Of a stretch of 64,000 nucleotides of DNA, positions 8,739 through 18,625 are shown in pieces. The DNA is from Acidimicrobiales bacterium. Its GTDB lineage: Bacteria; Actinomycetota; Acidimicrobiia; Acidimicrobiales; SZUA-35. A program made the translations under genes and the position numbers. How positions within the stretch are numbered: the stretch's first letter is position 1; the number at the start of each line of letters is the position of its first letter. Below the pieces are notes generated by a model that was not told the origin of the DNA, did not search any database, and worked only from the letters and a program-made list of their open reading frames with translations. Location of the stretch: NCBI GenBank assembly GCA_047971245.1, contig JBKDZN010000219.1:3616-67615 (forward strand). The letters run 5' to 3'.

Positions 8739-11090
8739 TCACAGGAGGGTGACATCGCCCCGGCCGATGCCAACGCTGCCGATGACCCAGGTGGGTTCGG
8801 GGATGAGGCTCTGCACCTCGTCGGCGTGTTCGGGGGCGACCAACACCACCATGCCGATCCCACAGTTGAACACCCGGTGGGCGTCGAACTCCGACAGGCT
8901 ACCCTGGGCGATCAGGTAGTTGAACAGGACCGGTCGACGCCACGACGAGGTGTCGATGGTGACCCCGCAGGATGGGGGCACCACCCGGGGGATGTTGTCG
9001 ATCATCCCGCCACCGGTGATGTGTACCAGCCCATCGACCAGACCGGCGTCGAGGACCGGGGTGAGCGGTTCGAGGTAGCTGCGGTGCACGGCCAGCAGGG
9101 CATCGGCGATCGACTCCCCGGCCCCGCCCGGCATGGCGTCACGCCAGTCGTGGTCGGCGAAGATCCGGCGGGCCAGCGAGTACCCGTTGGTGTGCAGGCC
9201 CGAGGAGGCCAGCCCGATGAGGACGTGGCCGGGGCCGATCTCACCGGTGGGCAGGAGGTTGGCCCGCTCCACCAGGCCGATCATCGTGCCCGACACATCG
9301 ACCGAACCGGCGGTGAGCACACCGGGCATCTCGGCCGTCTCCCCGCCCAGGAGCACGCAGCCGGCGGCCCGGCAGGCCTCGGCCATACCGTCGACGACCT
9401 CACCCACGATCTCCGGGTCGAGCTCGGCGGCCGCCACCGTGTCGAGGAAGGCCAGGGGGCGTGCCCCCTGGACCAGGACGTCGTTGATGCCGTGGTTGAC
9501 GATGTCGGCACCCACCCCACGCCAACGATGGACCCGGCGGGCCACCTCGGTCTTGGTGCCCACCCCGTCGGTGCTGGCCACCAGGAGGGGTTCCTTCATC
9601 GAGGTGACCTCGGTGAGGTCGAGCACCCCGCCGAAGGAACCGAGCCCGGCCAGAACCCGCTCGTCGTGGGTGGAACGCACCGCGGGACCGATCCGCTTGG
9701 TGGCCGCCGCGGCCGCGGTGAGCGACACCCCGGCCTTGCGGTAGCTGCCGGGCTCCCCGTCTTCGGAACCGGCCCGAGACCGCTTGGTCCCGGAACGGGG
9801 GGCATGCCGCCAGCCGATGTCGGACCGGGCGAACAGCCCGTCGGCGGCCGTGTACGCCTCGACCACCGGGTAGGCGGCCGACAGGGCGGCCGGAAGGTCG
9901 GCGCCGACACCGACCACGCTCAATACCCGGCCGCCACAGCTGACCAGGCGGCCGCCGTCCCATTGGGTGGCCGCCTGCAGCACCTCCACCCCGTGGGGAG
10001 GTTCGACTAGCGGTACCGGGACCCCCATACGCGGGCTGGTGGGGTACCCCTCGGCCGCCACCACGACGGCGACCGCGGTGTCGGACCGCATTGCCAGTTC
10101 GATCGACTCGAGATCACCGCGGGCGGCGGCGTCCAACACGTCGAGCAGGTCGGTTTCGATGAGGGGGATGATGGCCTGGGCCTCGGGATCCCCGAAGCGG
10201 CAGTTGTACTCGATCAGGCGGGGGCCGTCGTCGGTGAGCATGATGCCGGCGTACAGCACGCCCACATAGGGATTGCCCTCCGCCGCCATGCCCCGGATCG
10301 CAGCGGTGAGGAACTGGTCGGCGAGGGCGCGTTCCAGTTCGGCGCCGAGACCGGGCACCGGGGCGAAGGCACCCATGCCGCCGGTGTTCAGCCCGGTGTT
10401 GCCCTCGCCGACCCGCTTGTGGTCCTGGGCGGTGGCCAGGGGGATCACGGTACGGCCGTCGGCCACGCCGAACAGCGAGATCTCCTCCCCGATGAGCCGT
10501 TGCTCCAGCACGATCGTGTCACCGGCATGGCCCATGGTCTTGTCGGCCAGGAGGTCGAAGATGGCGCGTTCGGTCTCCACCCGATTCTCGGGAACGATGA
10601 CCCCCTTGCCCGCGGCCAGGCCATCGGCCTTGACCACGACCGGGAAGTCGACTTCCTCCAACCATTCGATGGCCGCGTCGACCTCGGTGAACGCCCGACA
10701 GATCGGGCCGGGGATCCCGTGCCGCTCGGCGAAGCTCCGGGCGAAGGACTTCGACCCCTCGAGCTGGGCCGCCTCGGCCGACGGGCCGAAACAGGCCACC
10801 CCGGCCAGGGTGAGATCGTCGGCGATCCCGGCCACCAGGGGTGCCTCCGGTCCGACGACGACGAGGTCGATGTCGTTGCGGACACAGTAGTCGACCACTT
10901 CGAGATGGTTGCCGGGGTCGAGGGACACATTGTGGGCGGCGGTCCCGGCGTTGCCGGGGGTGATGTGGAGCTCGTCGAGCTGATCCGAGCGGAGCAGGGC
11001 GTTGGCGATGGCGTGCTCTCGGGCACCGGAGCCGATGAGCAGCACCGAGCGGGGCTGGTTCGGATCCCTGGGGGGCACGGCCGCGCTCAT
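8739..11090 (-). CDS. purD-purM: bifunctional phosphoribosylamine-glycine ligase / phosphoribosylformylglycinamidine cyclo-ligase (PurD-PurM fusion)
   Basis: One uninterrupted 783-aa ORF. The N-terminal ~430 aa are PurD (VLLIGSGAREHAI...SDIGWR). A basic/acidic linker (PRSGTKRSRAGSEDGEPGS) follows. The C-terminal ~340 aa are PurM (YRKAGVSL...GLGSFGG...DGVGTK...HITGGG). Confidence 0.9.
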   Translation of the reverse strand: MSAAVPPRDPNQPRSVLLIGSGAREHAIANALLRSDQLDELHITPGNAGTAAHNVSLDPGNHLEVVDYCVRNDIDLVVVGPEAPLVAGIADDLTLAGVACFGPSAEAAQLEGSKSFARSFAERHGIPGPICRAFTEVDAAIEWLEEVDFPVVVKADGLAAGKGVIVPENRVETERAIFDLLADKTMGHAGDTIVLEQRLIGEEISLFGVADGRTVIPLATAQDHKRVGEGNTGLNTGGMGAFAPVPGLGAELERALADQFLTAAIRGMAAEGNPYVGVLYAGIMLTDDGPRLIEYNCRFGDPEAQAIIPLIETDLLDVLDAAARGDLESIELAMRSDTAVAVVVAAEGYPTSPRMGVPVPLVEPPHGVEVLQAATQWDGGRLVSCGGRVLSVVGVGADLPAALSAAYPVVEAYTAADGLFARSDIGWRHAPRSGTKRSRAGSEDGEPGSYRKAGVSLTAAAAATKRIGPAVRSTHDERVLAGLGSFGGVLDLTEVTSMKEPLLVASTDGVGTKTEVARRVHRWRGVGADIVNHGINDVLVQGARPLAFLDTVAAAELDPEIVGEVVDGMAEACRAAGCVLLGGETAEMPGVLTAGSVDVSGTMIGLVERANLLPTGEIGPGHVLIGLASSGLHTNGYSLARRIFADHDWRDAMPGGAGESIADALLAVHRSYLEPLTPVLDAGLVDGLVHITGGGMIDNIPRVVPPSCGVTIDTSSWRRPVLFNYLIAQGSLSEFDAHRVFNCGIGMVVLVAPEHADEVQSLIPEPTWVIGSVGIGRGDVTLL

Positions 11091-12502
11091 CGGATCGCCC
11101 CGTCGAAACGACGCTTGCTGGGGGTGGAGACCTGGACCGGCACCGGGTAATCACCGGTGAAGCAGGCGTTGCAGTAACCGTCGTCCCGACCGAGGGCCTT
11201 CATCATCCGGTCGACCGACAGGAAGCCGAGGCTGTCGGCGCCCACATGGCCCTTGATCTCCGGGACGTCGAGCTGGTGGGCGATGAGCTCGCCGTAGGTG
11301 CCCATGTCGACCCCGAAGAAGCAGGGATGGGTGATCGGTGGGCAGGTGATCCGGACGTGGACCTCCGACGCCCCGGCCTCCCGCACCAGGCGGACCAGGG
11401 GGCCGAGGGTGGTGCCCCGCACCACCGAGTCGTCCACCATGACCACCCGTTTCCCCTTGATGTTGTCGGGCAGGGTGTTGAACTTCAGGGCCACGCCCTG
11501 GCGCCGGAGCTCGTCGGTCGGTTCGATGAAGGTGCGGCCGATGTACCGGTTCTTGACGAACCCTTCGTTGTAGGGCAGGCCGGAGACACTGGCGAAGCCG
11601 ATGGCGGCCGGGGTCGAGGAGTCGGGCACCGCGATGACGACATCGGCCTCGGCCGGGTGCTCACGGGCCAGCTCTTCCCCCAGGTTCTGGCGGGCCTGAT
11701 GGACCGACAACCCGTCCCAGTAGGCGTCCGGCCGGGAGAAGTAGATGTGCTCGAAGGTGCAGCGGGCCTGCTGCTTGGGTTCCATGGCCTGGTGGCGCCG
11801 GGCGATGCCGCCGCTGAGCACCACGATCTCCCCCGGTTTGACCTCCGAGATCGCCGTACAACCCAGGGTGCGCAGGGCCCCGGTCTCCGACGCCACGACA
11901 TGTCCGCCCGAGGGCAGCTGTCCGACCGACAGGGGCCGGAAACCCCATGGATCACGGACCCCCATCACCTTGGTGCCGGAGATGACGACCAGGGAGAACG
12001 CGCCGACCCAGCGGGGCATGACCGCGGCCAGGCGCTCCTCCCAGTTCTCCCCGTCTGACGCGGCCAGCATCAGGGCCAGGACCTCGGAGTCCGACGACGA
12101 CTGGAGCCCGACACCCCGCTTGAGCAGGCCGGCCCGCAGCTCGTCGGCGTTGACCAGGTTGCCGTTGTGGGCCACCCCCAGGGGGCCGTACATGGTCTCG
12201 ATGACGTAGGGCTGCACATTGCGATCCGAGTCGGCGCCCGTCGTCGAGTAGCGGGTGTGGCCGATGGCGAGATCGCCGATGAGGGGGTCGAGCGTGCCCT
12301 CGTCGAACACCTGGCTGACCAGGCCCCGCCGCTTGTGGACCCGGACCGCTCGGGCCTCGTCGGCCACCGCGATCCCGGCGGCCTCCTGGCCCCGGTGCTG
12401 GAGTGCATAGAGCCCGAAGAAACTGATGCGGGCGGCGTCGCCGTTCGGGGTGGAGACGGCGATGACACCGCACTCCTCTTTGGGGCGATCGAGTTCGGTC
12501 AA
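11087..12502 (-). CDS. purF: amidophosphoribosyltransferase
   Basis: TTG start with AGGAG upstream. Short propeptide, then catalytic Cys (KEECGVIAV), then HRGQEAAGIA. Stop overlaps the purD-purM start (ATGA). Confidence 0.9.
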   Translation of the reverse strand: MTELDRPKEECGVIAVSTPNGDAARISFFGLYALQHRGQEAAGIAVADEARAVRVHKRRGLVSQVFDEGTLDPLIGDLAIGHTRYSTTGADSDRNVQPYVIETMYGPLGVAHNGNLVNADELRAGLLKRGVGLQSSSDSEVLALMLAASDGENWEERLAAVMPRWVGAFSLVVISGTKVMGVRDPWGFRPLSVGQLPSGGHVVASETGALRTLGCTAISEVKPGEIVVLSGGIARRHQAMEPKQQARCTFEHIYFSRPDAYWDGLSVHQARQNLGEELAREHPAEADVVIAVPDSSTPAAIGFASVSGLPYNEGFVKNRYIGRTFIEPTDELRRQGVALKFNTLPDNIKGKRVVMVDDSVVRGTTLGPLVRLVREAGASEVHVRITCPPITHPCFFGVDMGTYGELIAHQLDVPEIKGHVGADSLGFLSVDRMMKALGRDDGYCNACFTGDYPVPVQVSTPSKRRFDGAIR

Positions 12503-12620
12503 CGGAAGGGGCTCCTGACTCGGGAACGGCGATCAGCGGCAGGAACGGGCGTGGACACCGCCGACACCGGACGCACTGGACATCAGATTGGACCATACGG
12601 GAACAGGGAGGAACAGCCCA

Positions 12621-13568
12621 TCAGGGCTCGAGCAGCGACGCCAAGTTGACGCGGAGACGCTGATCCGCCGGTGATGCAGCAGGCTGGAACGGCTCACCGG
12701 TCAGCCGCTCCTGCAGGGTGACGTACCGCCGGGAGGCGTCGGCCACCACATCGTCGGGGAGGGCCGGTGGCGGGCCGTCCCCCCGGTAGTCCAAGCGGGC
12801 CAACGCCAGCCGGACCGGTTCCTTGTCGTAGCTCTCGGGGTGCCGCCCCTCGGCCAGGCAGGCCTCCAGGGTGTCGACGTCCCAGTAGCGGGAGGAGTCC
12901 GGGGTGTGGACCTCGTCGATCAGCAGCAGTTCGCCGTCGGGGCCGACGCCGAACTCGTACTTGGTGTCGGCCAGGACGAAACCGGCCGCGGCGGCCAGTT
13001 CCTCACCCCGCCGGAACAGGGCCGCGGCCGCCTTCTGCACCTCGGCCCACAGGCCGGGGGCGACCAGTCCCCGCTCGACCACCCCGTCCACCGTGATCGG
13101 CTCGTCGTGGCCGCCGTCCTGGGCCTTGGTGGTGGGGGTGAGCAGGGGTTCGGGCAGGGGCCCGTGGTCGGCCAGGCCGTCGGGCAGTCGGTGTCCGTAG
13201 AGCACCCGCTCCCCGGCCTGGTAACGGGGCAGCAGGGAGGTGGAGGTGGAGCCGGTCAGGCGACCCCGGACCACCACTTCGACCGGGAGCGGTGTGGCGT
13301 CGACGACCACGGCGGCCACCGGATCGGGCAGGGAGACGAGATGGTTGGCCACCAGATCGGCGGTTCGCCCGAACCACCAGGCCGCGGTCTGGTTCAGGAC
13401 CTGGCCCTTGTCGGGTACGGCACCGATCACCCGGTCGAACGCCGAGACACGGTCGGTGGTCACGATCAGGCGGCGACCTTCCGGGAGCGCCCAGCTTTCG
13501 CGGACCTTGCCCGAACGATGATCGGGCAGGTCGAGGGCGAACTCGGTGAGCGTTGCCGGGGGCGCCAT
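12621..13568 (-). CDS. purC: phosphoribosylaminoimidazole-succinocarboxamide synthase
   Basis: 315 aa, long-type PurC: SGKVRE, TDRVSAFD, ADTKYEFG, DEVHTPDSSRYW. Confidence 0.9.
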   Translation of the reverse strand: MAPPATLTEFALDLPDHRSGKVRESWALPEGRRLIVTTDRVSAFDRVIGAVPDKGQVLNQTAAWWFGRTADLVANHLVSLPDPVAAVVVDATPLPVEVVVRGRLTGSTSTSLLPRYQAGERVLYGHRLPDGLADHGPLPEPLLTPTTKAQDGGHDEPITVDGVVERGLVAPGLWAEVQKAAAALFRRGEELAAAAGFVLADTKYEFGVGPDGELLLIDEVHTPDSSRYWDVDTLEACLAEGRHPESYDKEPVRLALARLDYRGDGPPPALPDDVVADASRRYVTLQERLTGEPFQPAASPADQRLRVNLASLLEP

Positions 13569-13658
13569 CCCTCCATCATGGACACGTCGAACCCCGGTTC
13601 GGACGATCGTCAGGTGGATTTCGCGAATTCGTGACCGAGAACCGCCACCCGATGCGGC

Positions 13659-16600
13659 TCAGCGGGCCGCGGCCGCAACCCCGTTCACGAACAGGCGGCG
13701 GCACGATCCTCCCGGATCCCGTCCCCGCAACGGGTCATGCCGGTCGTGCACATGGTCTTCGGGATGAGGCATGAGCCCGAGGACGAGACCGGTGTGGTCG
13801 ACCAGGCCGGCGACGTCACCGGCCGAACCGTTCGGGTTCACCGGGTACACCCCGTCGGCCGGGCTCCCGTCGGGGTGGGCGTAGCGGAAGGCGACCCGGG
13901 AACCGGGACCGGCGCTGATCAGGGCAGGATCGGCCACAACCAGCTTGCCCTCGGCGTGGGCCACCGGGCACCGGATCGGGGCGTCGAGCTGGTCGAGCCA
14001 GACCGACTCGGACGACTCGGGTTGCAGGGTCACCCAGCGGCACTCGAACCGGTGGGAGTCGTTGGCCACCAGCGCGGCCGCACCCGAGCCCGGGGCGGGC
14101 GACCCGCCCCCGGTGTCCGGGCCGGCAGCACCCGGCAGCAGGCCGGCCCGGACCAGGGCCTGGAACCCGTTGCAGATCCCGATGATCGGCATCTGCCGTT
14201 CCACCGCCTCCCGGAGCTGATCCCCGAACCAGCCGGTGAGATCGAGACCGAGCAACCGTCCCGCCCCCAGGGCGTCGCCGTAGGAGAAGCCGCCGGGCAG
14301 GGCGAGGAGCTGATGGTCGGCCAGGCGGACCGTGCCGGCCCGGAGGACCGAGAGGGGCACCTGGTTCACGAACGCTCCGGCCGCGACGAACGCCTCGGCC
14401 AGCTCACCGTTGCGGTTGGTGCCCGGTGCCACCGGGATCAGCACTGACGGGCGTCGACCGGCCATCACCGGCCCGCCCGACGGGGGCGACCCGGCGGCGG
14501 TGAGGCGGGTGGCCGGGCCCGATCCGCCCGACGGGCCGCCGCCGGCCGGAGCGTCGACCGGGGCCGGGGCGGGGTCCGGGTCGAGCTCGAGGTGGAGGTC
14601 GGGGTCGGCACGGTAGGCCGCGGCGAGGCGGTCGAGGCCGACGCTCAACCCGCCCACGGTCACCGACGGTTCCTCGACGACCCGACCGATGACGGCGGCG
14701 TCGGGCACCAGTTCGGCCATGCGGGCCCGTTGCTCGGGGGCGACCGCGCACAGGTAGCGCCCGGCCCCCTCACCGAACATGACGTGCGGGTCGGCCTCGG
14801 CGGAGCCCAGGTCGAGCGTGAGGCCGAGCCGGCCGGCCAGGGCCCACTCGGCCGCGGCGACGGCCAGGCCACCCTCGGCCAGATCATGGCCGGAGCGGAT
14901 GATCCCGGCCCGGATGGCGGCGGCGAGCTGGCGGTGGCGGCGAACCGCCCCGGGGTCGGGGGCCGGTACGGGCCCGCCCAGGTCGCCCCCGGCGACCTCG
15001 TCGTAATGGCTGGCCCCGAGCGCGCCCTCGGGGGGACCGATCAGCCAGACGTCGTCGCCGGCCACGGTGGGCCCGGTGGCGGGGATCCGATCGGGTTGAT
15101 CAACCACCCCGAGGGCGGTGATGACCAGGGTCGGGGTCACCGGGTCGGGCGTCCCGTCGGGGTGGGTGAAGCTGTTGTAGAGCGAGTCCTTGCCGGAGAC
15201 GAACGGGGCGCCGTGGGCGATGGCGGCGTCGTGACAACCGCGGCACGCCTCCACCAGGCGGCCGAGGGTCACCGGGTCGGTGGGGTCGCCCCAGGCGAAG
15301 TTGTCGAGCAGGCTGAGCCGGGCCGGATCGGCCCCGGCCAGGGTCACGTTGCGGACGGCTTCGTCGACCGCGGCCCAGGCCATCGCCTCGGCATCGTGGC
15401 GCCCCAGCACCACCGAGAGACCGATACCCACCGCGAAGCCGGTGGTGCCGTCGGCATCGGGCGGGATCAGGGCGGTGCCGTCGGCGGGACCGTCGCCCGC
15501 CACCCCCCCGTAGGGCCGGACCAGGGTTCCGCCCAGGACCTCGTGGTCGAAGGTACGGACCACGGCCTCGTTCGACCGGATCGACGGATGGGCCAGCAGC
15601 CGCAGCAGGGCGTCGACCGGGTCGATGGTCGCGGGGAGGCGGGCCGGGCGGGCCCTGGCCTCGGATCGGGCGGTGAGGGTGAGCGGGGGCCGGCCGTCGT
15701 GGAGGAAACCGGTGTCGAGGTCGACCACGGGTTCCCCCCCACTGGTCACCACCAGGCGGCCGGTGCCGGTGAAGGTGCCGATGACCGCGGCGTCGACCTG
15801 CCAGCGGCGACACAGGGCGAGCAGGGGCGCCGGATCCGGCGTGGCGAGCACCATCCGCTCCTGGGCCTCGGACAGCCACACCTCCCACGGAGCCAGGCCC
15901 GGGTACTTCCGGGGCACGAGATCGAGCTCGACGGTGGCCCCGACCGTCTCGGCCATCTCGCCCACGGCCGAGGAGAGGCCGCCGGCGCCGCAGTCGGTGA
16001 TGGCCGAGTAGAGACCCCCGTCGCGCGCCTCCACCACCACGTCGATGAGGCCCTTCTCGACCACGGGGTCACCGATCTGCACCGACGAGCCGGCCACTTC
16101 GGCGGTCTCGATGCCCATGGTCTGCGAGGAGAACGTGGCACCGCCCACACCATCGCGGCCGACCGCACCGCCGATCACCACCACCGCATCGCCCGGCTGG
16201 GGGTCGGTGCGGTGGCTGCCGGTGGGGAGCACCCCGATACAGCCGGCGAAGACCAGCGGGGTTGTGGTGTAGGAGGGGTCATGCACGATGGCCCCGGCCA
16301 CGTTGGGCACACCGATCTTGTTGCCGTAATCCCCAACCCCGGCCACCACCCCGGCCCGGACCCGGCGGGGGTGGAGGACCCCGGGTGGGAGAGCGTCGGG
16401 GTCGAGGTCCTCGGGCCCGAAACAGAGGATGTCGCTGACGGCCACGGGTCGGGCCGACACCCCGAGGATGTCACGGACCACGCCGCCCACCCCCGTGTTG
16501 GCCCCGCCGAAGGGCTCCAGGGCACTCGGATGGTTGTGGGTCTCGGCCTTGACGGCCAGATCGTGATGGTCGTCGAAGGCGACGATGCCGGCGTTGTCGA

Positions 16601-17474
16601 CGAACGCGGACCGGACCCACGGGGCGTCGATGGTGTCGGTGGCCGCTCGCAGGAAGCTGCGGAGCAGCCCGTCGATGGTCTCGCCGGCCCCCGCGGCGTC
16701 CTCCAAGACGATCCGGGCCCGGAACGTCTTGTGGGAACAGTGCTCGCTCCAGGTCTGGGCGATGGTCTCCAGCTCGGCGTCGCTCGGTTCCCGGCCGAGC
16801 TCCCCGAAGTGGGCCTGGACGGTCACCATCTCGTCGCCCGACAGTCCCAGGCGCCGGGACCGGCTCAGGGCCTCCAGGCCGGAGCGGTCCATCCCGCTCA
16901 CCGAGATCCGTTCCACCGCCGGGGCCTTGGCCTGGGCGTCGGTGAACGCCGGGGCCAGCGAACGGTCCGACCACCGTTCGATCACCTCGTTGTGGAGCAC
17001 CCGATCGACCAGGGCGTCGAGCTCGGCGGGGGTGAGATCCCCGTCGACGACCAGGCGGCGACCGACAGAGGCGGCCGCCACCGGGTAGCCGAGCTCGGTG
17101 GCCGCCCGGACCAGTTCGGCTCCTTCCCGGTCGGTCACCCCGGCCCGGAGGCCGATCTCGACCACATGGGGTGGGGTGCCGTCCGCGCCGGCGGCGGGCT
17201 CGTGCTCCTCGGCCCGGCACCACCATTGGCCCACCGAGTCGACGGCGAGGGTGGTGACCAGGGCGTCGAGGTCGGCGTCGTCGAGGTCGGCGGCGAGGTG
17301 GATGAGCCGGAGCTCGGTGATGGAACGCACCGGGAACCCGAACAGCCGGGCCTGGGCCGTCGGCCCGTGATCGGATCGATCCCGGTGACCGGGCCCGATC
17401 ACGATGCGGAACACGGGGACCGCGGCCGGGTCGAGCGGGCGCGGAACGGGAGGGGTGGGCGAGATGGGGCTCAC
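13659..17474 (-). CDS. purL: phosphoribosylformylglycinamidine synthase, single-chain large form (N-terminal PurS-like + PurL + PurQ glutaminase)
   Basis: 1271-aa ORF with GTG start. It has an N-domain (LHNEVIERW), a synthetase core (SEHCSHKTF, two AIRS-like halves), a low-complexity Pro/Gly linker, and a C-terminal class-I amidotransferase (GICNGFQ, MPHPE). Confidence 0.9.
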   Translation of the reverse strand: MSPISPTPPVPRPLDPAAVPVFRIVIGPGHRDRSDHGPTAQARLFGFPVRSITELRLIHLAADLDDADLDALVTTLAVDSVGQWWCRAEEHEPAAGADGTPPHVVEIGLRAGVTDREGAELVRAATELGYPVAAASVGRRLVVDGDLTPAELDALVDRVLHNEVIERWSDRSLAPAFTDAQAKAPAVERISVSGMDRSGLEALSRSRRLGLSGDEMVTVQAHFGELGREPSDAELETIAQTWSEHCSHKTFRARIVLEDAAGAGETIDGLLRSFLRAATDTIDAPWVRSAFVDNAGIVAFDDHHDLAVKAETHNHPSALEPFGGANTGVGGVVRDILGVSARPVAVSDILCFGPEDLDPDALPPGVLHPRRVRAGVVAGVGDYGNKIGVPNVAGAIVHDPSYTTTPLVFAGCIGVLPTGSHRTDPQPGDAVVVIGGAVGRDGVGGATFSSQTMGIETAEVAGSSVQIGDPVVEKGLIDVVVEARDGGLYSAITDCGAGGLSSAVGEMAETVGATVELDLVPRKYPGLAPWEVWLSEAQERMVLATPDPAPLLALCRRWQVDAAVIGTFTGTGRLVVTSGGEPVVDLDTGFLHDGRPPLTLTARSEARARPARLPATIDPVDALLRLLAHPSIRSNEAVVRTFDHEVLGGTLVRPYGGVAGDGPADGTALIPPDADGTTGFAVGIGLSVVLGRHDAEAMAWAAVDEAVRNVTLAGADPARLSLLDNFAWGDPTDPVTLGRLVEACRGCHDAAIAHGAPFVSGKDSLYNSFTHPDGTPDPVTPTLVITALGVVDQPDRIPATGPTVAGDDVWLIGPPEGALGASHYDEVAGGDLGGPVPAPDPGAVRRHRQLAAAIRAGIIRSGHDLAEGGLAVAAAEWALAGRLGLTLDLGSAEADPHVMFGEGAGRYLCAVAPEQRARMAELVPDAAVIGRVVEEPSVTVGGLSVGLDRLAAAYRADPDLHLELDPDPAPAPVDAPAGGGPSGGSGPATRLTAAGSPPSGGPVMAGRRPSVLIPVAPGTNRNGELAEAFVAAGAFVNQVPLSVLRAGTVRLADHQLLALPGGFSYGDALGAGRLLGLDLTGWFGDQLREAVERQMPIIGICNGFQALVRAGLLPGAAGPDTGGGSPAPGSGAAALVANDSHRFECRWVTLQPESSESVWLDQLDAPIRCPVAHAEGKLVVADPALISAGPGSRVAFRYAHPDGSPADGVYPVNPNGSAGDVAGLVDHTGLVLGLMPHPEDHVHDRHDPLRGRDPGGSCRRLFVNGVAAAAR

Positions 17475-17521
17475 GCCACCACTATCGCAAGCTCATCCCC
17501 CGGAGCGGCGCCAAGGCCCGC

Positions 17522-17553
17522 GTTTCGTCGGTGGCGCGGCCGGACGACGAAAC
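17522..17553. promoter_or_regulatory. inverted repeat in the divergent purL / nucleotidase promoter region
   Basis: GTTTCGTCG-N14-CGACGAAAC, perfect 9-bp arms, located between the two divergent start codons. Confidence 0.3.
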
Positions 17554-17582
17554 CCGGCCGGCCGGCCGCTACCGTCGGAGCC

Positions 17583-18248
17583 GTGCCGCGGCAGTTCGTC
17601 CTGGGTGTCGACCTCGACAATGTGTGCGCCGACTACACCGCCGGTTTCCGTCGGATCGTCGCGGAGGATCGGGGGGTCGACCCCGAGTCCCTGTCACTCG
17701 TCCGCTCCTGGGGGTTCGAGGAGTGGGGCTTGAGCGACGCCGACTACGACCGGCTCCACCGGGTGGCGGTGAACGAACGACGCATCCTCCGCCACCTCGA
17801 ACCCTCCCCGGGATGTGCCGACGCCCTGTGGCGCCTGTCGGACGCCGGGGTGTGGATCCGCATCATCACCCATCGGCTCTACGTCAACTGGGGTCACGCG
17901 GCGGCGGTGTCCGACACCGTCGAATGGCTCGACGAGGCCGCGATCCCCTACCGGGACCTATGTTTCCTGGGCGACAAACCGGAGGTGGGCGCGGATCTCT
18001 ACATCGACGACGCCCCCCACAACATCGAGGCGTTGCGGGCCGCCGGCAACGAGGTCATCGTCTTCGACCAGCCCTACAACCGGGACCTGCCGGGCCTGCG
18101 GGCCACCGGGTGGGACGAGGTCGAGCAGATCGTGTTCGACGCCGCGTCCGCCGGGGGTGGTATCCAGCCCCAGCTGCCGGGCATCGACGCCGGGTCCGAC
18201 CGGCTCCGTCGTCGCCGAGGTCCCGACCCCGATCCGACGTCGCCATGA
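17583..18248 (+). CDS. 5'(3')-deoxyribonucleotidase-like HAD hydrolase (NT5C family)
   Basis: GTG start in the frame of ORF 14592..18248; the rest of that ORF is purL antisense shadow. HAD motif I is LGVDLDNVCADY. Confidence 0.7.
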   Translation: MPRQFVLGVDLDNVCADYTAGFRRIVAEDRGVDPESLSLVRSWGFEEWGLSDADYDRLHRVAVNERRILRHLEPSPGCADALWRLSDAGVWIRIITHRLYVNWGHAAAVSDTVEWLDEAAIPYRDLCFLGDKPEVGADLYIDDAPHNIEALRAAGNEVIVFDQPYNRDLPGLRATGWDEVEQIVFDAASAGGGIQPQLPGIDAGSDRLRRRRGPDPDPTSP

Positions 18249-18625
18249 TCGCCCAGCTGGCGGCGGTGGTACTGGCCGTGGTGCTGGCCGTAGCCGCCGT
18301 GGCGAAACTGATCCGACCCCGCCGGACCCGTGAGGACCTGGCCGGGCTCGGTCTGGTGGCCACGCCTGCTCTGGCGGTGATCGTCCCCGTGATCGAACTG
18401 ACCACGGCGGTCCTGCTCGTGCTCCGTCCCGCCTGGGGAGGGGTGATGGCCTTCGCCCTGATCGCCGCCTTCACCGCCGTGCTGGTCCAGGTCATCCGCT
18501 CGGGTCGAGTGGCCCGCTGCGCCTGCTTCGGCAGCCTGGGCAACGAGGTGGTGTCCCGCTCAGGGGTGATCCGCAACGCCTTCCTCCTGGTGCTCGCCGT
18601 GACCGCGGCCACCGGGCGCGGCTGA
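18245..18625 (+). CDS. MauE/DoxX-like small membrane protein
   Basis: 126 aa, 4 TM helices, CACFG motif. ATGA overlap with the upstream gene. Confidence 0.6.
   Translation: MIAQLAAVVLAVVLAVAAVAKLIRPRRTREDLAGLGLVATPALAVIVPVIELTTAVLLVLRPAWGGVMAFALIAAFTAVLVQVIRSGRVARCACFGSLGNEVVSRSGVIRNAFLLVLAVTAATGRG

Noticed and set aside
14592-17582. Very long plus-strand ORF (1218 aa in the ORF track) opposite purL. Similar giant ORFs occur at 8052..10010, 26394..27941, 46440..47330, 52629..54527 and 58892..61084.
   Set aside because: They lie antisense to genes with clear family motifs. Their translations are Arg/Gly/Pro/His-rich low-complexity strings with no recognisable domains. This is the typical stop-codon-poor shadow frame of high-GC DNA. 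Only the 3' ends of some are real genes (17583..18248 and 47463..48647).
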